Position numbers and translations under genes: made by a program | NCBI GenBank assembly: GCA_002269645.1 | Contig: NIVC01000245.1 | Coordinates: forward strand, 496,001 to 560,000 | Direction of reading: 5' to 3' | DNA: 64,000 bases | Source: Macrostomum lignano | Lineage: Eukaryota | Notes under the pieces: generated by a model | What the model was told of the DNA's origin: nothing | The model's database searches: none | Seen by the model: the letters and a program-made list of their open reading frames with translations, nothing else | Part shown: one piece after another, positions 45,701 to 59,755 of the stretch | How the letters are laid out: each line of letters opens with the position of its first letter | How positions within the stretch are numbered: position 1 is the first letter of the stretch

Positions 45701-48700
45701 AGCCACCATGTCAAACATAAAAGAGCCACCATGTCAAACATATATGTGACTCCATGTCAAACAGTAAAGAGCCACCATGTCAAGCATAAAAGAGCCACTA
45801 TGTCGAACATAAGAGAACCACCATGTCGAACATAAAAAAGCCACCATGTCAAACATTAAAGAGCCATAATGTCAAAAATTAAAGCGGCACCATGTCGAAC
45901 ATTAAAGAGCCACCATGTCTAACATATTTGTGACTCCATGTCAAACATTATAGAGCCACCATTTCAAACATTAAAGAACCACCATGTCTAACATAAAAGA
46001 GCCACCATGTCAAACATAAAAGGGCCACCATTTCAAACATAAAAGAGCCACCATGTCAAACATATATGTGACTCCATGTCAAACAGTAAAGAGCCACCAT
46101 GTCAAGCATTAAGGAGCCGCAATGTCAAACATTAGAGAGCCACCATGTCGAACACAGAAGAGCCACCATGTCAAACATAAAAGAGCCACCATGTCGAACA
46201 TTAAAGAGCCACCATGTAAAACATATACATGCTATCAAACATTAAAGAGCCACCATGTCAAACATATATATGACTCCATGTCGAACATTAAAGAGCCACC
46301 ATGTCAAACATTAAAGAGCCACCATGTCTAACATTCAAGAGCCACTATGTCGAACATAACAGAGACAACATTTCAAACATAAAAGAGCTATCATGTCAAA
46401 CATAAAAGAGCCACCATGTCGAACATAAAAGAGCCACCATGTCGAACATAAAAGAGCCACCATGTCGAACATTAAAGAGCCACCATGTCAAACATAAAAG
46501 AGCCACCATGTCAAACATAAAAGAGCCACCATGTCGAACATTAAAGAGCCACCATGTCAAACATTAAAGAGCCACCATGTCGAACATTTAAGAGCCACCA
46601 TGTCAAACTTGAAACAGCAACCATGTCAAACAGTAAAGAGCCACCATGTCAAGCATAAAAGAGCCACCATGTCTAACATAAAAGAACCATCATGTCGAAC
46701 ATAAAAGAGCCACCATGTCGAACATAAAAGAGCCACCATGTCAAACATTAAAGAGCCATCATGTCTAACATTAAAGAGCCACCATGTCTAACATTAAAGA
46801 GCCACCATGTCTAACATGAAAGAGCCACCATGTCTAACATTAAAGAGCCACCATGTCGAACATTAAAGAGCCACCATGTCTAACATAAAAGAGCCACCAT
46901 GTCAAACATAAAAGGGCCACCATTTCAAACATAAAAGAGCCACCATGTCAAACATATATGTGACTCCATGTCAAACAGTAAAGAGCCACCATGTCAAGCA
47001 TAAAAGAGCCACCATGTCGAACATAAAAGAACCACCATGTCCAACATAAAAGAGCCACCATGTCAAGCATTAAGGAGCCGCAATGTCAAACATTAGAGAG
47101 CCACCATGTCGAACACAGAAGAGCCACCATGTCAAACATAAAAGAGCCACCATGTCGAACATTAAAGAGCCACCATGTCAAACATAAAAGAGCCACCATG
47201 TCAAACATAAAAGAGCCACCATGTCAAACATATATGTGACTCCATGTCAAACAGTAAAGAGCCACCATGTCAAGCATAAAAGAGCCACTATATCGAACAT
47301 AAGAGAACCACCATGTCGAACATAAAAAAGCCACCATGTCAAACATTAAAGAGCCATAATGTCAAAAATTAAAGCGGCACCATGTCGAACATTAAAGAGC
47401 CACCATGTCTAACATATTTGTGACTCCATGTCAAACATTATAGAGCCACCATGTCAAACATTAAAGAGCCACCATGTCTAACATAAAAGAGCCACCATGT
47501 CAAACATAAAAGGGCCACCATTTCAAACATAAAAGAGCCACCATGTCAAACATATATGTGACTCCATGTCAAACAGTAAAGAGCCACCATGTCAAGCATA
47601 AAAGAGCCACCATGTCGAACATAAAAGAACCACCATGTCCAACATAAAAGAGCCACCATGTCAAGCATTAAGGAGCCGCAATGTCAAACATTAGAGAGCC
47701 ACCATGTCGAACACAGAAGAGCCACCATGTCAAACATAAAAGAGCCACCATGTCGAACATTAAAGAGCCACCATGTAAAACATATACATGCTATCAAACA
47801 TTAAAGAGCCACCATGTCAAACATATATATGACTCCATGTCGAACATTAAAGAGCCACCATGTCAAACATTAAAGAGCCACCATGTCTAACATTCAAGAG
47901 CCACTATGTCGAACATAACAGAGACAACATTTCAAACATAAAAGAGCTATCATGTCAAACATAAAAGAGCCAACATGTCGAACATAAAAGAGCCACCATG
48001 TCGAACATAAAAGAGCCACCATGTCGAACATTAAAGAGCCACCATGTCAAACATAAAAGAGCCACCATGTCAAACATAAAAGAGCCACCATGTCGAACAT
48101 TAAAGAGCCACCATGTCAAACATTAAAGAGCCACCATGTCGAACATTAAAGAGCCACCATGTCAAACTTGAAACAGCAACCATGTCAAACAGTAAAGAGC
48201 CACCATGTCAAGCATAAAAGAGCCACCATGTCTAACATAAAAGAACCATCATGTCGAACATAAAAGAGCCACCATGTCGAACATAAAAGAGCCACCATGT
48301 CAAACATTAAAGAGCCATCATGTCTAACATTAAAGAGCCACCATGTCTAACATTAAAGAGCCACCATGTCTAACATGAAAGAGCCACCATGTCTAACATT
48401 AAAGAGCCACCATGTCGAACATTAAAGAGCCACCATGTCTAACATAAAAGAGCCACCATGTCAAACATAAAAGGGCCACCATTTCAAACATAAAAGAGCC
48501 ACCATGTCAAACATATATGTGACTCCATGTCAAACAGTAAAGAGCCACCATGTCAAGCATAAAAGAGCCACCATGTCGAACATAAAAGAACCACCATGTC
48601 CAACATAAAAGAGCCACCATGTCAAGCATTAAGGAGCCGCAATGTCAAACATTAGAGAGCCACCATGTCGAACACAGAAGAGCCACCATGTCAAACATAA

Positions 48701-49569
48701 AAGAGCCACCATGTCGAACATTAAAGAGCCACCATGTCAAACATAAAAGAGCCACCATGTCAAACATAAAAGAGCCACCATGTCAAACATATATGTGACT
48801 CCATGTCAAACAGTAAAGAGCCACCATGTCAAGCATAAAAGAGCCACTATGTCGAACATAAGAGAACCACCATGTCGAACATAAAAAAGCCACCATGTCA
48901 AACATTAAAGAGCCATAATGTCAAAAATTAAAGCGGCACCATGTCGAACATTAAAGAGCCACCATGTCTAACATATTTGTGACTCCATGTCAAACATTAT
49001 AGAGCCACCATGTCAAACATTAAAGAGCCACCATGTCTAACATTATAGAGCCACCATGTCGAACATTAACGAGTCACCATGTCAAGTATATTCGTGACTC
49101 CATGTCAAACATAAAAGAGCTACCATGTCGAACATTAAAGAGCCACCATGACGAACATTGAAGAGCCGCCATGTCAAACATAAAATTTACACAATTTCAT
49201 ACATAAAAGTAAGCGTCGTGCCAATTTTAAAGGAGCCACTATAGAGCTAAGGAAATTGTAGCACTAGCTTCTTATTGTATGGTGGATGCTTACTATTTGG
49301 GGATGCTTGCTATCCGGGAGGGGGGATGCTTCCTATCTGGGGGATGCTTGCTATCTGGGGGATAGCTTGCTATCTGCTTGCAATCTGGAGGATGCTTGCT
49401 ATCTGGGGGATGCTTCATGCTGTCTTGGGATGATTTCTTTTTGCATTACACTTTATTTGAGCAGTTTGTCTGTCGTCTTTGTGAAGGCTTTATTTGGCTG
49501 TCTTTTTGTTACTTGTAGAGAACAGAGATTCTATCCAGATGTCCCCCAACGGGGGGCGAAGATTGCTAG
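39710..49569 (+). mobile_element. Helitron-like unit 3 (9.9 kb)
   Basis: Starts TCCTATATACTAAAAATG directly after the CTAG of unit 2; ends cccccaacggggggcgaagattgCTAG|T. Confidence 0.87.
40310..49190 (+). repeat. 23-bp minisatellite, about 385 copies, with a higher-order repeat of about 1.56 kb (about 5 copies, one shortened)
   Basis: Marker tgctatc at 41781, 43342, 44901, 46230, 47789 (spacings 1561, 1559, 1329, 1559). Confidence 0.95.
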
Positions 49570-49682
49570 TAGAAGACTATATTCGTCACAAAACACAATT
49601 ACTTGGGTTAAAAGAGCAAAAACTGTTAAAAATGTAGCTCATAGTTAATGAAGCAATTTTAAAGCATTAACGGGTCACTAGG

Positions 49683-49778
49683 TGGGGTGGGGAGGAAAAA
49701 GCATTAGCATGCCCCCCCCCCCAGATCATTTACTGGTGGGACATGTCCCCCTGTCCCCTCCGTTGGCGACGCCTCTGC
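49683..49778 (-). mobile_element. Probable terminal fragment of a short GC-rich non-autonomous DNA element; truncates the D intron-11 homology
   Basis: Minus strand reads cagaggcgtcgccaacggaggggacagggggacatgtccc, a style typical of small DNA transposon ends. No partner end was identified. Confidence 0.35.
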
Positions 49779-50025
49779 TATCCCCATTTCTCCATTATCG
49801 AAGCCTCAATATTTTCAAAGATTTTATCATACTGAGAATGTACTGAGAAGGTCAAGAATCACCACGATTACGATAGCTATACTGTGTTCCGATTTGGTGT
49901 GTTGTATACAGCCAATAATCGTATAAAAAACAGTGATTAAGCCGCTATACTCAGTAGCTTATATACGCATAATGGCAGAACTTTTTGAGTCGTTATTGAC
50001 TTAAACAAAAACTTGCTTTATTTTA

Positions 50026-53000
50026 TCTTACATCCTACATCTTAGTCGGTATATGTGTGTGTGTGTGTGATCGATTTTAGCAAAAACGGCTCAACCGATT
50101 TTCTTCGAATTTGCACCATTCGATCAGAAATTTTTCCGTGACGGTACATGCATCTTGGCTAAGAAATTGCTCAATATTAAAGGGATTAAATATTCGAAAA
50201 ACATGCTTTTTTGCAAAGGTCAAGCAGCTCTTTCGACTTGAAATGCATTGTAAGAATGCTAGCAGAAAAACTCACTGGTTGAATTCTGATTCTGAAATAG
50301 ATTGCATCACAATACACTTTATTTATCGTCTGTGTACTGGCTGAATTTGACACTCAATTGAATTGCGTCACAGCTTTGAGTGTGAAAGCATAGCGCAGTA
50401 CTGAATTTATATTACGTAACCATATTGTAAACTTTCATAGACACTGGTACTGACTTGCCTAAGAAATTGATTATGTCATAACTGCTTCGTGAGACTTTTT
50501 ACTCTACCTGACTTGGTGTGAGTGTTGAATTATATAAGTGGTACAACATCACTGATAACTTCGATGAGAGCTAGCCTAGAGCTGAACAGACCAGACTGCT
50601 AATGCAGCGACCTAGGTTCGAATCTAAGTAGTTTAAAAGTAGTAGTGTAAAATTTTTTATTAAAAGGTTTTATTAAAGGACTAAATAAAAACACTTAGAT
50701 TACTGCACTCGATAAGCCAAGGATTATTGCACTTGAAAAACCAAGGATTACTGCACTCGATAAACCAAGGATTATTGCACTTGATAGGCCAAAGATTACT
50801 GCGCTTGATAAACCAAGGATTATTGCACTTGATAAACCAAGGATTATTGCACTTGATAAGCCAAGGATTACTGCGTTTGATAAACCAAGGATTATTGCAC
50901 TTGATAGTAAAGAATGTTGCACTTGATAAGCCAAGGATTAATGCACTGGATTATTCAAGGATTATTGCTATTAATAAACCAAGGACTACTGCACTTGGAA
51001 AACTAAGGATTACTGCACTCGATAAACCAAGGATTATTGCACTTGATAAGCCAAGGATTATTGCACTTGATAGGCCAAGGATTACTGCGCTTGATAAACC
51101 AAGGATTATTGCACTTGATAAAACAAGGATTATTGCACTTGATAAGCCAAGGATTATTGCACTTGATAAACCAAGGATTATTTCACTTGATAAACCAAGG
51201 ATTATTGCACTTGATAAGCCAAGGATTATTTCACTTGATAAACCAAGGATTACTGCACTCGATAAGCCAAGGATTATTGCTCTTAATAAACCAAGGATTA
51301 CTGCACTTGGAAAACTAAGGATTACTGCACTCGATAAACCAAGGATTATTGCACTTGATAAGCCAAGGATTATTGCACTTGATAGGCCAAGGATTACTGC
51401 GCTTGATAAACCAAGGATTATTGCACTTGATAAGCCAAGGATTATTGCACTTGAAAAGCCAAGGATTATTGCACTTGATAAACCAAGGATTATTGCACTT
51501 GATAAGCCAAGGATTACAGCGCTTGATAAGCCATGGATTATTGCACTTGATAATAAAGAATGTTGCACTTGATAAGCCAAGGATTAATGCACTGGATTAT
51601 TCAAGGATTATTGCTATTAATAAACCAAGGACTACTGCACTCGACAAGCCAAGGATTATTGCTCTTAATAAACCAAGGATTACTGCACTTGGAAAACTAA
51701 GGATTACTGCACTCGATAAACCAAGGATTATTGCACTTGATAAGCCAAGGATTATTGCACTTGAAAGGCCAAGGATTACTGCGCTTGATAAACCAAGGAT
51801 TATTGCACTTGATAAACCAAGGATTATTGCACTTGATAAGCCAAGGATTATTGCACTTGATAAACCAAGGATTACTGCACTCGATAAGCCAAGGATTATT
51901 GCTCTTAATAAACCAAGGATTATTGCACTTGATAAACCAAGGATTATTTCACTTGATAAAAACAATAAACTTTTGCACTTGATAAACCAAGGATTATTGC
52001 ACTTGATAAGCCAAGGATTACTGCGCTTGATAAACCAAGGATTATTGCACTTGATAAACCAAGGATTATTGCACTTGATAAACAACTTTTGCACTTGATA
52101 AACCAAGGATTATTGCACTTGATAAGCCAAGGATTACTGCGCTTGATAAACCAAGGATTATTGCACTTGATAAACCAGGATTATTGCAGTTGATAAGCCA
52201 AGGATTATTGCACTTGATAAACCAAGGATTATTTCATTTGATAAACCAAGGATTATTGCACTTGATAGGCCAAGGATTACTGCACTTGATAAACCAAGGA
52301 TTATTGCACTTGATAAGCCAAGGATTACTGCACTTGATAGGCCAAGGATTACTGCGCTTGATAAACCAAGGATTATTGCACTTGATAAACCAAGGATTAT
52401 TGCACTTGATAAGCCAAGGATTATTGCACTTGATAAGCCAAGGATTATTTCACTTGATAAACCAAGGATTACTGCACTCGATAAGCCAAGGATTATTTCA
52501 CTTGATAAACCAAGGATTACTGCACTCGATAAGCCAAGGATTATTGCTCTTAATAAACCAAGGATTACTGCACTTGGAAAACTAAGGATTACTGCACTCG
52601 ATAAACCAAGGATTATTGCACTTGATAGGCCAAGGATTACTGCGCTTGATAAACCAAGGATTATTGCACTTGATAAACCAAGGATTATTGCAGTTGATAA
52701 GCCAAGGATTATTGCACTTGATAAACCAAGGATTATTTCACTTGATAAACCAAGGATTATTGCACTTGATAAGCCAAGGATTATTTCACTTGATAAACCA
52801 AGGATTATTGCACTCGATAAGCCAAGGATTATTGCTCTTAATAAACCAAGGATTACTGCACTTGGAAAACTAAGGATTACTGCACTCGATAAACCAAGGA
52901 TTATTGCACTTGATAAGCCAAGGATTATTGCACTTGATAGGCCAAGGATTACTGCGCTTGATAAACCAAGGATTATTGCACTTGATAAGCCAAGGATTAT

Positions 53001-56000
53001 TGCACTTGATAGCCAAGGATTACTGCGCTTGATAAACCAAGGATTATTGCACTTGATAAACCAAGGATTATTGCACTTGATAAGCCAAGGATTATTGCAC
53101 TTGATAAACCAAGGATTATTTCACTTGATAAACCAAGGATTATTGCACTTGATAAGCCAAGGATTATTTCACTTGATAAACCAAGGATTACTGCACTCGA
53201 TAAGCCAAGGATTATTGCTCTTAATAAACCAAGGATTACTGCACTTGGAAAACTAAGGATTACTGCACTCGATAAACCAAGGATTATTGCACTTGATAAG
53301 CCAAGGATTATTGCACTTGATAGGCCAAGGATTACTGCGCTTGATAAACCAAGGATTATTGCACTTGATAAACCAAGGATTATTGCACTTGATAAGCCAA
53401 GGATTATTGCACTTGATAAACCAAGGATTATTGCACTTGAAAAGCCAAGGATTATTGCACTTGATAAACCAAGGATTATTGCACTTGATAAGCCAAGGAT
53501 TACAGCGCTTGATAAGCCATGGATTATTGCACTTGATAATAAAGAATGTTGCACTTGATAAGCCAAGGATTAATGCACTGGATTATTCAAGGATTATTGC
53601 TATTAATAAACCAAGGACTACTGCACTCGATAAGCCAAGGATTATTGCTCTTAATAAACCAAGGATTACTGCACTTGGAAAACTAAGGATTACTGCACTC
53701 GATAAACCAAGGATTATTGCACTTGATAAGCCAAGGATTATTGCACTTGAAAGGCCAAGGATTACTGCGCTTAATAAACCAAGGATTATTGCACTTGATA
53801 AACCAACGATTATTGCACTTGATAAGCCAAGGATTATTGCACTTGATAAACCAAGGATTACTGCACTCGATAAGCCAAGGATTATTGCTCTTAATAAACC
53901 AAGGATTATTGCACTTGATAAACCAAGGATTATTTCACTTGATAAACCAAGGATTATTGCACTTGATAAACAACTTTTACACTTGATAAACCAAGGATTA
54001 TTGCACTTGATAAGCCAAGGATTACTGCGCTTGAAAAACCAAGGATTATTGCACTTGATAAACCAAGGATTATTGCAGTTGATAAGCCAAGGATTATTGC
54101 ACTTGATAAACCAAGGATTATTTCATTTGATAAACCAAGGATTATTGCACTTGATAGGCCAAGGATTACTGCACTTGATAAACCAAGGATTATTGCACTT
54201 GATAAGCCAAGGATTACTGCACTTGATAGGCCAAGGATTACTGCGCTTGATAAACCAAGGATTATTGCACTTGATAAACCAAGGATTATGGCACTTGATA
54301 AGCCAAGGATTATTGCACTTGATAAACCAAGGATTATTGCACTTGATAAGCCAAGGATTATTGCACTTGATAAACCAAGGATTATTGCACTTGATAAGCC
54401 AAGGATTACAGCGCTTGATAAGCCATGGATTATTGCACTTGATAGTAAAGAATGTTGCACTTGATAAGCCAAGGATTAATGCACTGGATTATTCAAGGAT
54501 TATTGCTATTAATAAACCAAGGACTACTGCACTCGATAAGCCAAGGATTATTGCTCTTAATAAACCAAGGATTACTGCACTTGGAAAACTAAGGATTACT
54601 GCACTCGATAAACCAAGGATTATTGCACTTGATAAGCCAAGGATTATTGCACTTGATAGGCCAAGGATTACTGCGCTTGATAAACCAAGGATTATTGCAC
54701 TTGATAGTAAAGAATGTTGCACTTGATAAGCCAAGGATTATTGCACTGGATTATTCAAGGATTATTGCTATTAATAAACCAAGGACTACTGCACTCGATA
54801 AGCCAAGGATTATTGCTCTTAATAAACCAAGGATTACTGCACTTGGAAAACTAAGGATTACTGCACTCGATAAACCAAGGATTATTGCACTTGATAAGCC
54901 AAGGATTATTGCACTTGAAAGGCCAAGGATTATTGCACTTGATAAACCAAGGATTATTGCACTTGATAAACAACTTTTGCACTTGATAAACCAAGGATTA
55001 TTGCACTTGATAAGCCAAGGATTACTGCGCTTGATAAACCAAGGATTATTGCACTTGATAAACCAAGGATTATTGCAGTTGATAAGCCAAGGATTATTGC
55101 ACTTGATAAACCAAGGATTATTTCATTTGATAAAGCAAGGATTATTGCACTTGATAGGCCAAGGATTACTGCACTTGATAAACCAAGGATTATTGCACTT
55201 GATAAGCCAAGGATTACTGCACTTGATAGGCCAAGGATTACTGCGCTTGATAAACCAAGGATTATTTCATTTGATAAACCAAGGATTATTGCACTTGATA
55301 AGCCAAGGATTATTGCACTTGATAAACCAAGGATTATTGCACTTGATAAGCCAAGGATTATTGCACTTGATAAACCAAGGATTATTGCACTTGATAAGCC
55401 AAGGATTACAGCGCTTGATAAGCCATGGATTATTGCACTTGATAGTAAAGAATGTTGCACTTGATAAGCCAAGGATTAATTGCTTATTATTATAAACCAA
55501 GGACTACTGCACTCGATAAGCCAAGGATTATTGCTCTTAATAAACCAAGGATTACTGCACTTGGAAAACTAAGGATTACTGCACTCGATAAACCAAGGAT
55601 TATTGCACTTGATAAGCCAAGGATTATTGCACTTGATAGGCCAAGGATTACTGCGCTTGATAAACCAAGGATTATTGCACTTGATAGTAAAGAATGTTGC
55701 ACTTGATAAGCCAAGGATTAATGCACTGGATTATTCAAGGATTATTGCTATTAATAAACCAAGGACTACTGCACTCGATAAGCCAAGGATTATTGCTCTT
55801 AATAAACCAAGGATTACTGCACTTGGAAAACTAAGGATTACTGCACTCGATAAACCAAGGATTATTGCACTTGATAAGCCAAGGATTATTGCACTTGAAA
55901 TGCCAAGGATTATTGCACTTGATAAACCAAGGATTACTGCACTCGATAAGCCAAGGATTATTGCTCTTAATAAACCAAGGATTATTGCACTTGATAAACC

Positions 56001-59000
56001 AAGGATTATTTCACTTGATAAACCAAGGAATATTGCACTTGATAAACAACTTTTGCACTTGATAAACCAAGGATTATTGCACTTGATAAGCCAAGGATTA
56101 CTGCGTTTGTTAAACCAAGGATTATTGCACTTGATAAACCAAGGATTATTGCACTTGATAAACAACTTTTGCACTTGATAAACCAAGGATTATTGCACTT
56201 GATAAGCCAAGGATTACTGCGCTTGATAAACCAAGGATTATTGCACTTGATAAACCAAGGATTATTGCAGTTGATAAGCCAAGGATTATTGCACTTGATA
56301 AACCAAGGATTATTTCATTTGATAAACCAAGGATTACTGCACTTGATAGGCCAAGGATTACTGCACTTGATAAACCAAGGATTTTTGCACTTGATAAGCC
56401 AAGGATTACTGCACTTGATAAACCAAGGATTACTGCGCTTGATAAACCAAGGATTATTGCACTTGATAAACCAAGGATTATTGCACTTGATAAACAACTT
56501 TTGCACTTGATAAACCAAGGATTATTGCACTTGATAAGCCAAGGATTACTGCGCTTGATAAACCAAGGATTATTGCACTTGATAAACCAAGGATTATTGC
56601 AGTTGATAAGCCAAGGATTATTGCACTTGATAAACCAAGGATTATTTCATTTGATAAACCAAGGATTATTGCACTTGATAGGCCAAGGATTACTGCACTT
56701 GATAAACCAAGGATTATTGCACTTGATAAGCCAAGGATTACTGCACTTGATAAACCAAGGATTCTTGCAGTTGATAAGCCAAGGATTATTGCTCTTAATA
56801 AACCAAGGATTACTGCACTTGGAAAACTAAGGATTACTGCACTCGATAAACCAAGGATTATTGCACTTGATAAGCCAAGGATTATTGCACTTGATAGGCC
56901 AAGGATTACTGCGCTTGATAAACCAAGGATTATTGCACTTGATAAACCAAGGATTATTGCACTTGATAAGCCAAGGATTACTGCACTTGATAAACCAAGG
57001 ATTACTGCGCTTGATAAACCAAGGATTATTGCACTTGATAAACCAAGGATTATTGCACTTGATAAGCCAAGGATTACTGCACTTGATAAACCAAGGATTA
57101 CTGCGCTTGATAAACCAAGGATTATTGCACTTGATAAACCAAGGATTATTGCACTTGATAAGCCAAGGATTACAGCGCTTGATAAGCCATGGATTATTGC
57201 ACTTGATAGTAAAGAATGTTGCACTTGATAAGCCAAGGATTAATGCACTGGATTATTCAAGGATAATTGCTATTAATAAACCAAGGACTACTGCACTCGA
57301 TAAGCCAAGGATTATTGCTCTTAATAAACCAAGGATTACTGCACTTGGAAAACTAAGGATTACTGCACTCGATAAACCAAGGATTATTGCACTTGATAAG
57401 CCAAGGATTATTGCACTTGATAGGCCAAGGATTACTGCGCTTGATAAGCCAAGGATTATTGCACTTGATAAACCAAGGATTATTGCACTTGATAAGCCAA
57501 GGATTATTGCACTTGATAAACCAAGGATTACTGCACTCGATAAGCCAAGGATTATTGCTCTTGATAAACCAAGGATTATTGCACTTGATAAACCAAGGAT
57601 TATTTCATTTGATAAACCAAGGATTATTGCACTTGATAGGCCAAGGATTACTGCACTTGATAAACCAAGGATTATTGCACTTGATAAGCCAAGGATTATT
57701 GCGCTAGATAAACCAAGGATTATTGCACTTGATAAACCAAGGATTATTGCACTTAATAAACCAAGGATTATTGCACTTGATAAACCAAGGATTATTGCAC
57801 TTGATAGGCCAAGGAATACTGCACTTGATAAACCAAGGATTATTGCACTTGATAAACAAGGATTATTGCACTGGATTATTCAAGGATTATTGCTATTAAT
57901 AAACCAAGGACTACTGCACTCGATAAACCAAGGATTATTGCTCTTAATAAACCAAGGATTACTGCACTTGGAAAACTAAGGATTACTGCACTCGATAAAC
58001 CAAGGATTATTGCTCTTGGCAAACCAAGGATTACTGCACTCGATAAGCCAAGGATTATTGCTGTTAATAAACCAAGGATTACTGCACTTAGAAAACTAAG
58101 AATTACTGCACTCGATAAACCAAGGATTATTGCTCTTGGCAAACCAAGGATTACTGCACTCGATAAGCCAAGGATTATTGCTCTTAATAAACCAAGGATT
58201 TCTGCACTTGGAAAACTAAGGATTACTACACTCGATAAACCAAGGACTATTGCACTTGTTAAACCAAGAATTATTGCACTTGATAGGCCAAGGATTACTG
58301 CACTTGATAAACCAAGTATTATTGCACTTGATAGGCCAAAGATTACTGCGCTTGATAAACCAAGGATTATTTCACTTGATAAACCAAGGATTATTGCACT
58401 TGATAAACAAATATTGCACTTGATAGGCCAAGGATTACTGCGCTTGATAAACAAAGGATTATTGCACTTGATAAACCAAGGATTATTGCAGTTGATAAGC
58501 CAAGGATTATTGCACTTGATAAACCAAGGATTATTTCACTTGATAAACCAAGGATTATTGCAGTTGATAAGCCAAGGATTATTGCACTTGATAAACCAAG
58601 GATTATTGCACTTGATAAGCCAAGGATTACTGCGCTAGATAAAGCAAGGATTATTGCACTTGATAAACCAAGGATTATTGCACTTAATAAACCAAGGATT
58701 ATTGCACTTGATAAACCAAGGATTATTGCACTTAATAAACCAAGGATTATTGCACTTGATAAACAAAGGATTATTGCACTTGATAAACCAAGGATTATTG
58801 CACTTGATAAACAAAGGATTATTGCACTTGATAAACCAAGGATTATTGCACTTGATAAGCCAAAGATTACTGCACTTGATAAACCAAGGATTATTGCACT
58901 TGATAAACCAAGGATTATTGCACTTGATTAATCAAGGATTATTGCTATTAATAAACCAAGGATTATTGCACTAGCTGAGAAGCTGATTACTGCGCTGTCT

Positions 59001-59755
59001 AAAAAAGAGATTATTGTGCTCGCTGAGACGTGGATTGTTGCACAACCTGAGAAAGCGATTATTGCATTAGCGGAAGTAACATTTGCACTAGCTACTTGCT
59101 GTCTCGTGGATGCTTGCTCTCGAGGGGGGATACTTGCTTTTTGGGAGAGGGGGTACTGGCTACTTGCATGGGATTCTTTCTATCCAGGGATGCTTGCTTT
59201 TCAGGGATTCTTGCTATCTGCAGGATGCTTGCTATCTGGGTGGATGCTTCTATAATATCTGGGGGTTGCTTGCTATCTGCAGGATGCTTCTATAATATCT
59301 GGGGGGTGCTTGCTATCTGCAGGATGCTTCTATAATATCTGGGGGGTGCTTGCTATCTGCAGAATGCTTGCTATCTGGGTGGATGCTTCTATATCATCTG
59401 GGGGGTGCTTGCTAATCTGCAGATGCTTGCTATCTGTGGTGATTCTTGCTATGAGCATTAGAGGATGCTTGCTATCTGCGATTGTTCACTTTTGGAGGGG
59501 GTTGCTTGCTGTCTTGGGAATATTTTCTATTTAGGGAAACGATATTTTGTTGACTGTTTGTTAATTTTAGAGAAAAAATGATTTTTTAATTTTGCAAACA
59601 TCTTAGTCCGTGACAATTTTACACGAATAAGGTGATTTTTTAAATGTGAAGAAGGAATTGGTGTTTAAGAAAATGTGTTTTTTTATTGTTTTCCATGAAC
59701 TATTTTTGCTCCTTTCTTATTGGGCGCCCCGAAGGGGGCCGCACTAGATTGCTAG
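50026..59755 (+). mobile_element. Helitron-like unit 4 (9.7 kb), a divergent subfamily carrying a 24-bp satellite
   Basis: Shares the conserved head and tRNA-like relic, but has a variant 5' end (A|TCTTACATCC; position less certain) and a variant 3' hairpin ggcgccccgaagggggcc followed by CTAG. Confidence 0.8.
50700..58975 (+). repeat. 24-bp minisatellite (ccaaggatta(t/c)tgcacttgataa(a/g)), about 345 copies, with irregular higher-order blocks
   Basis: Read directly; the block marker taaagaatgttgcac recurs at irregular intervals. Confidence 0.96.

Noticed and set aside
35577-58974. Repetitive ORFs (MSNIKEPPCQ..., GDACYL..., LDKPRIIA..., LGLSSAII..., up to 479 aa)
   Set aside because: Translations of the 23-, 18- and 24-bp satellites. 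They appear in several frames and on both strands, with no unique domain or Rep/helicase motif.
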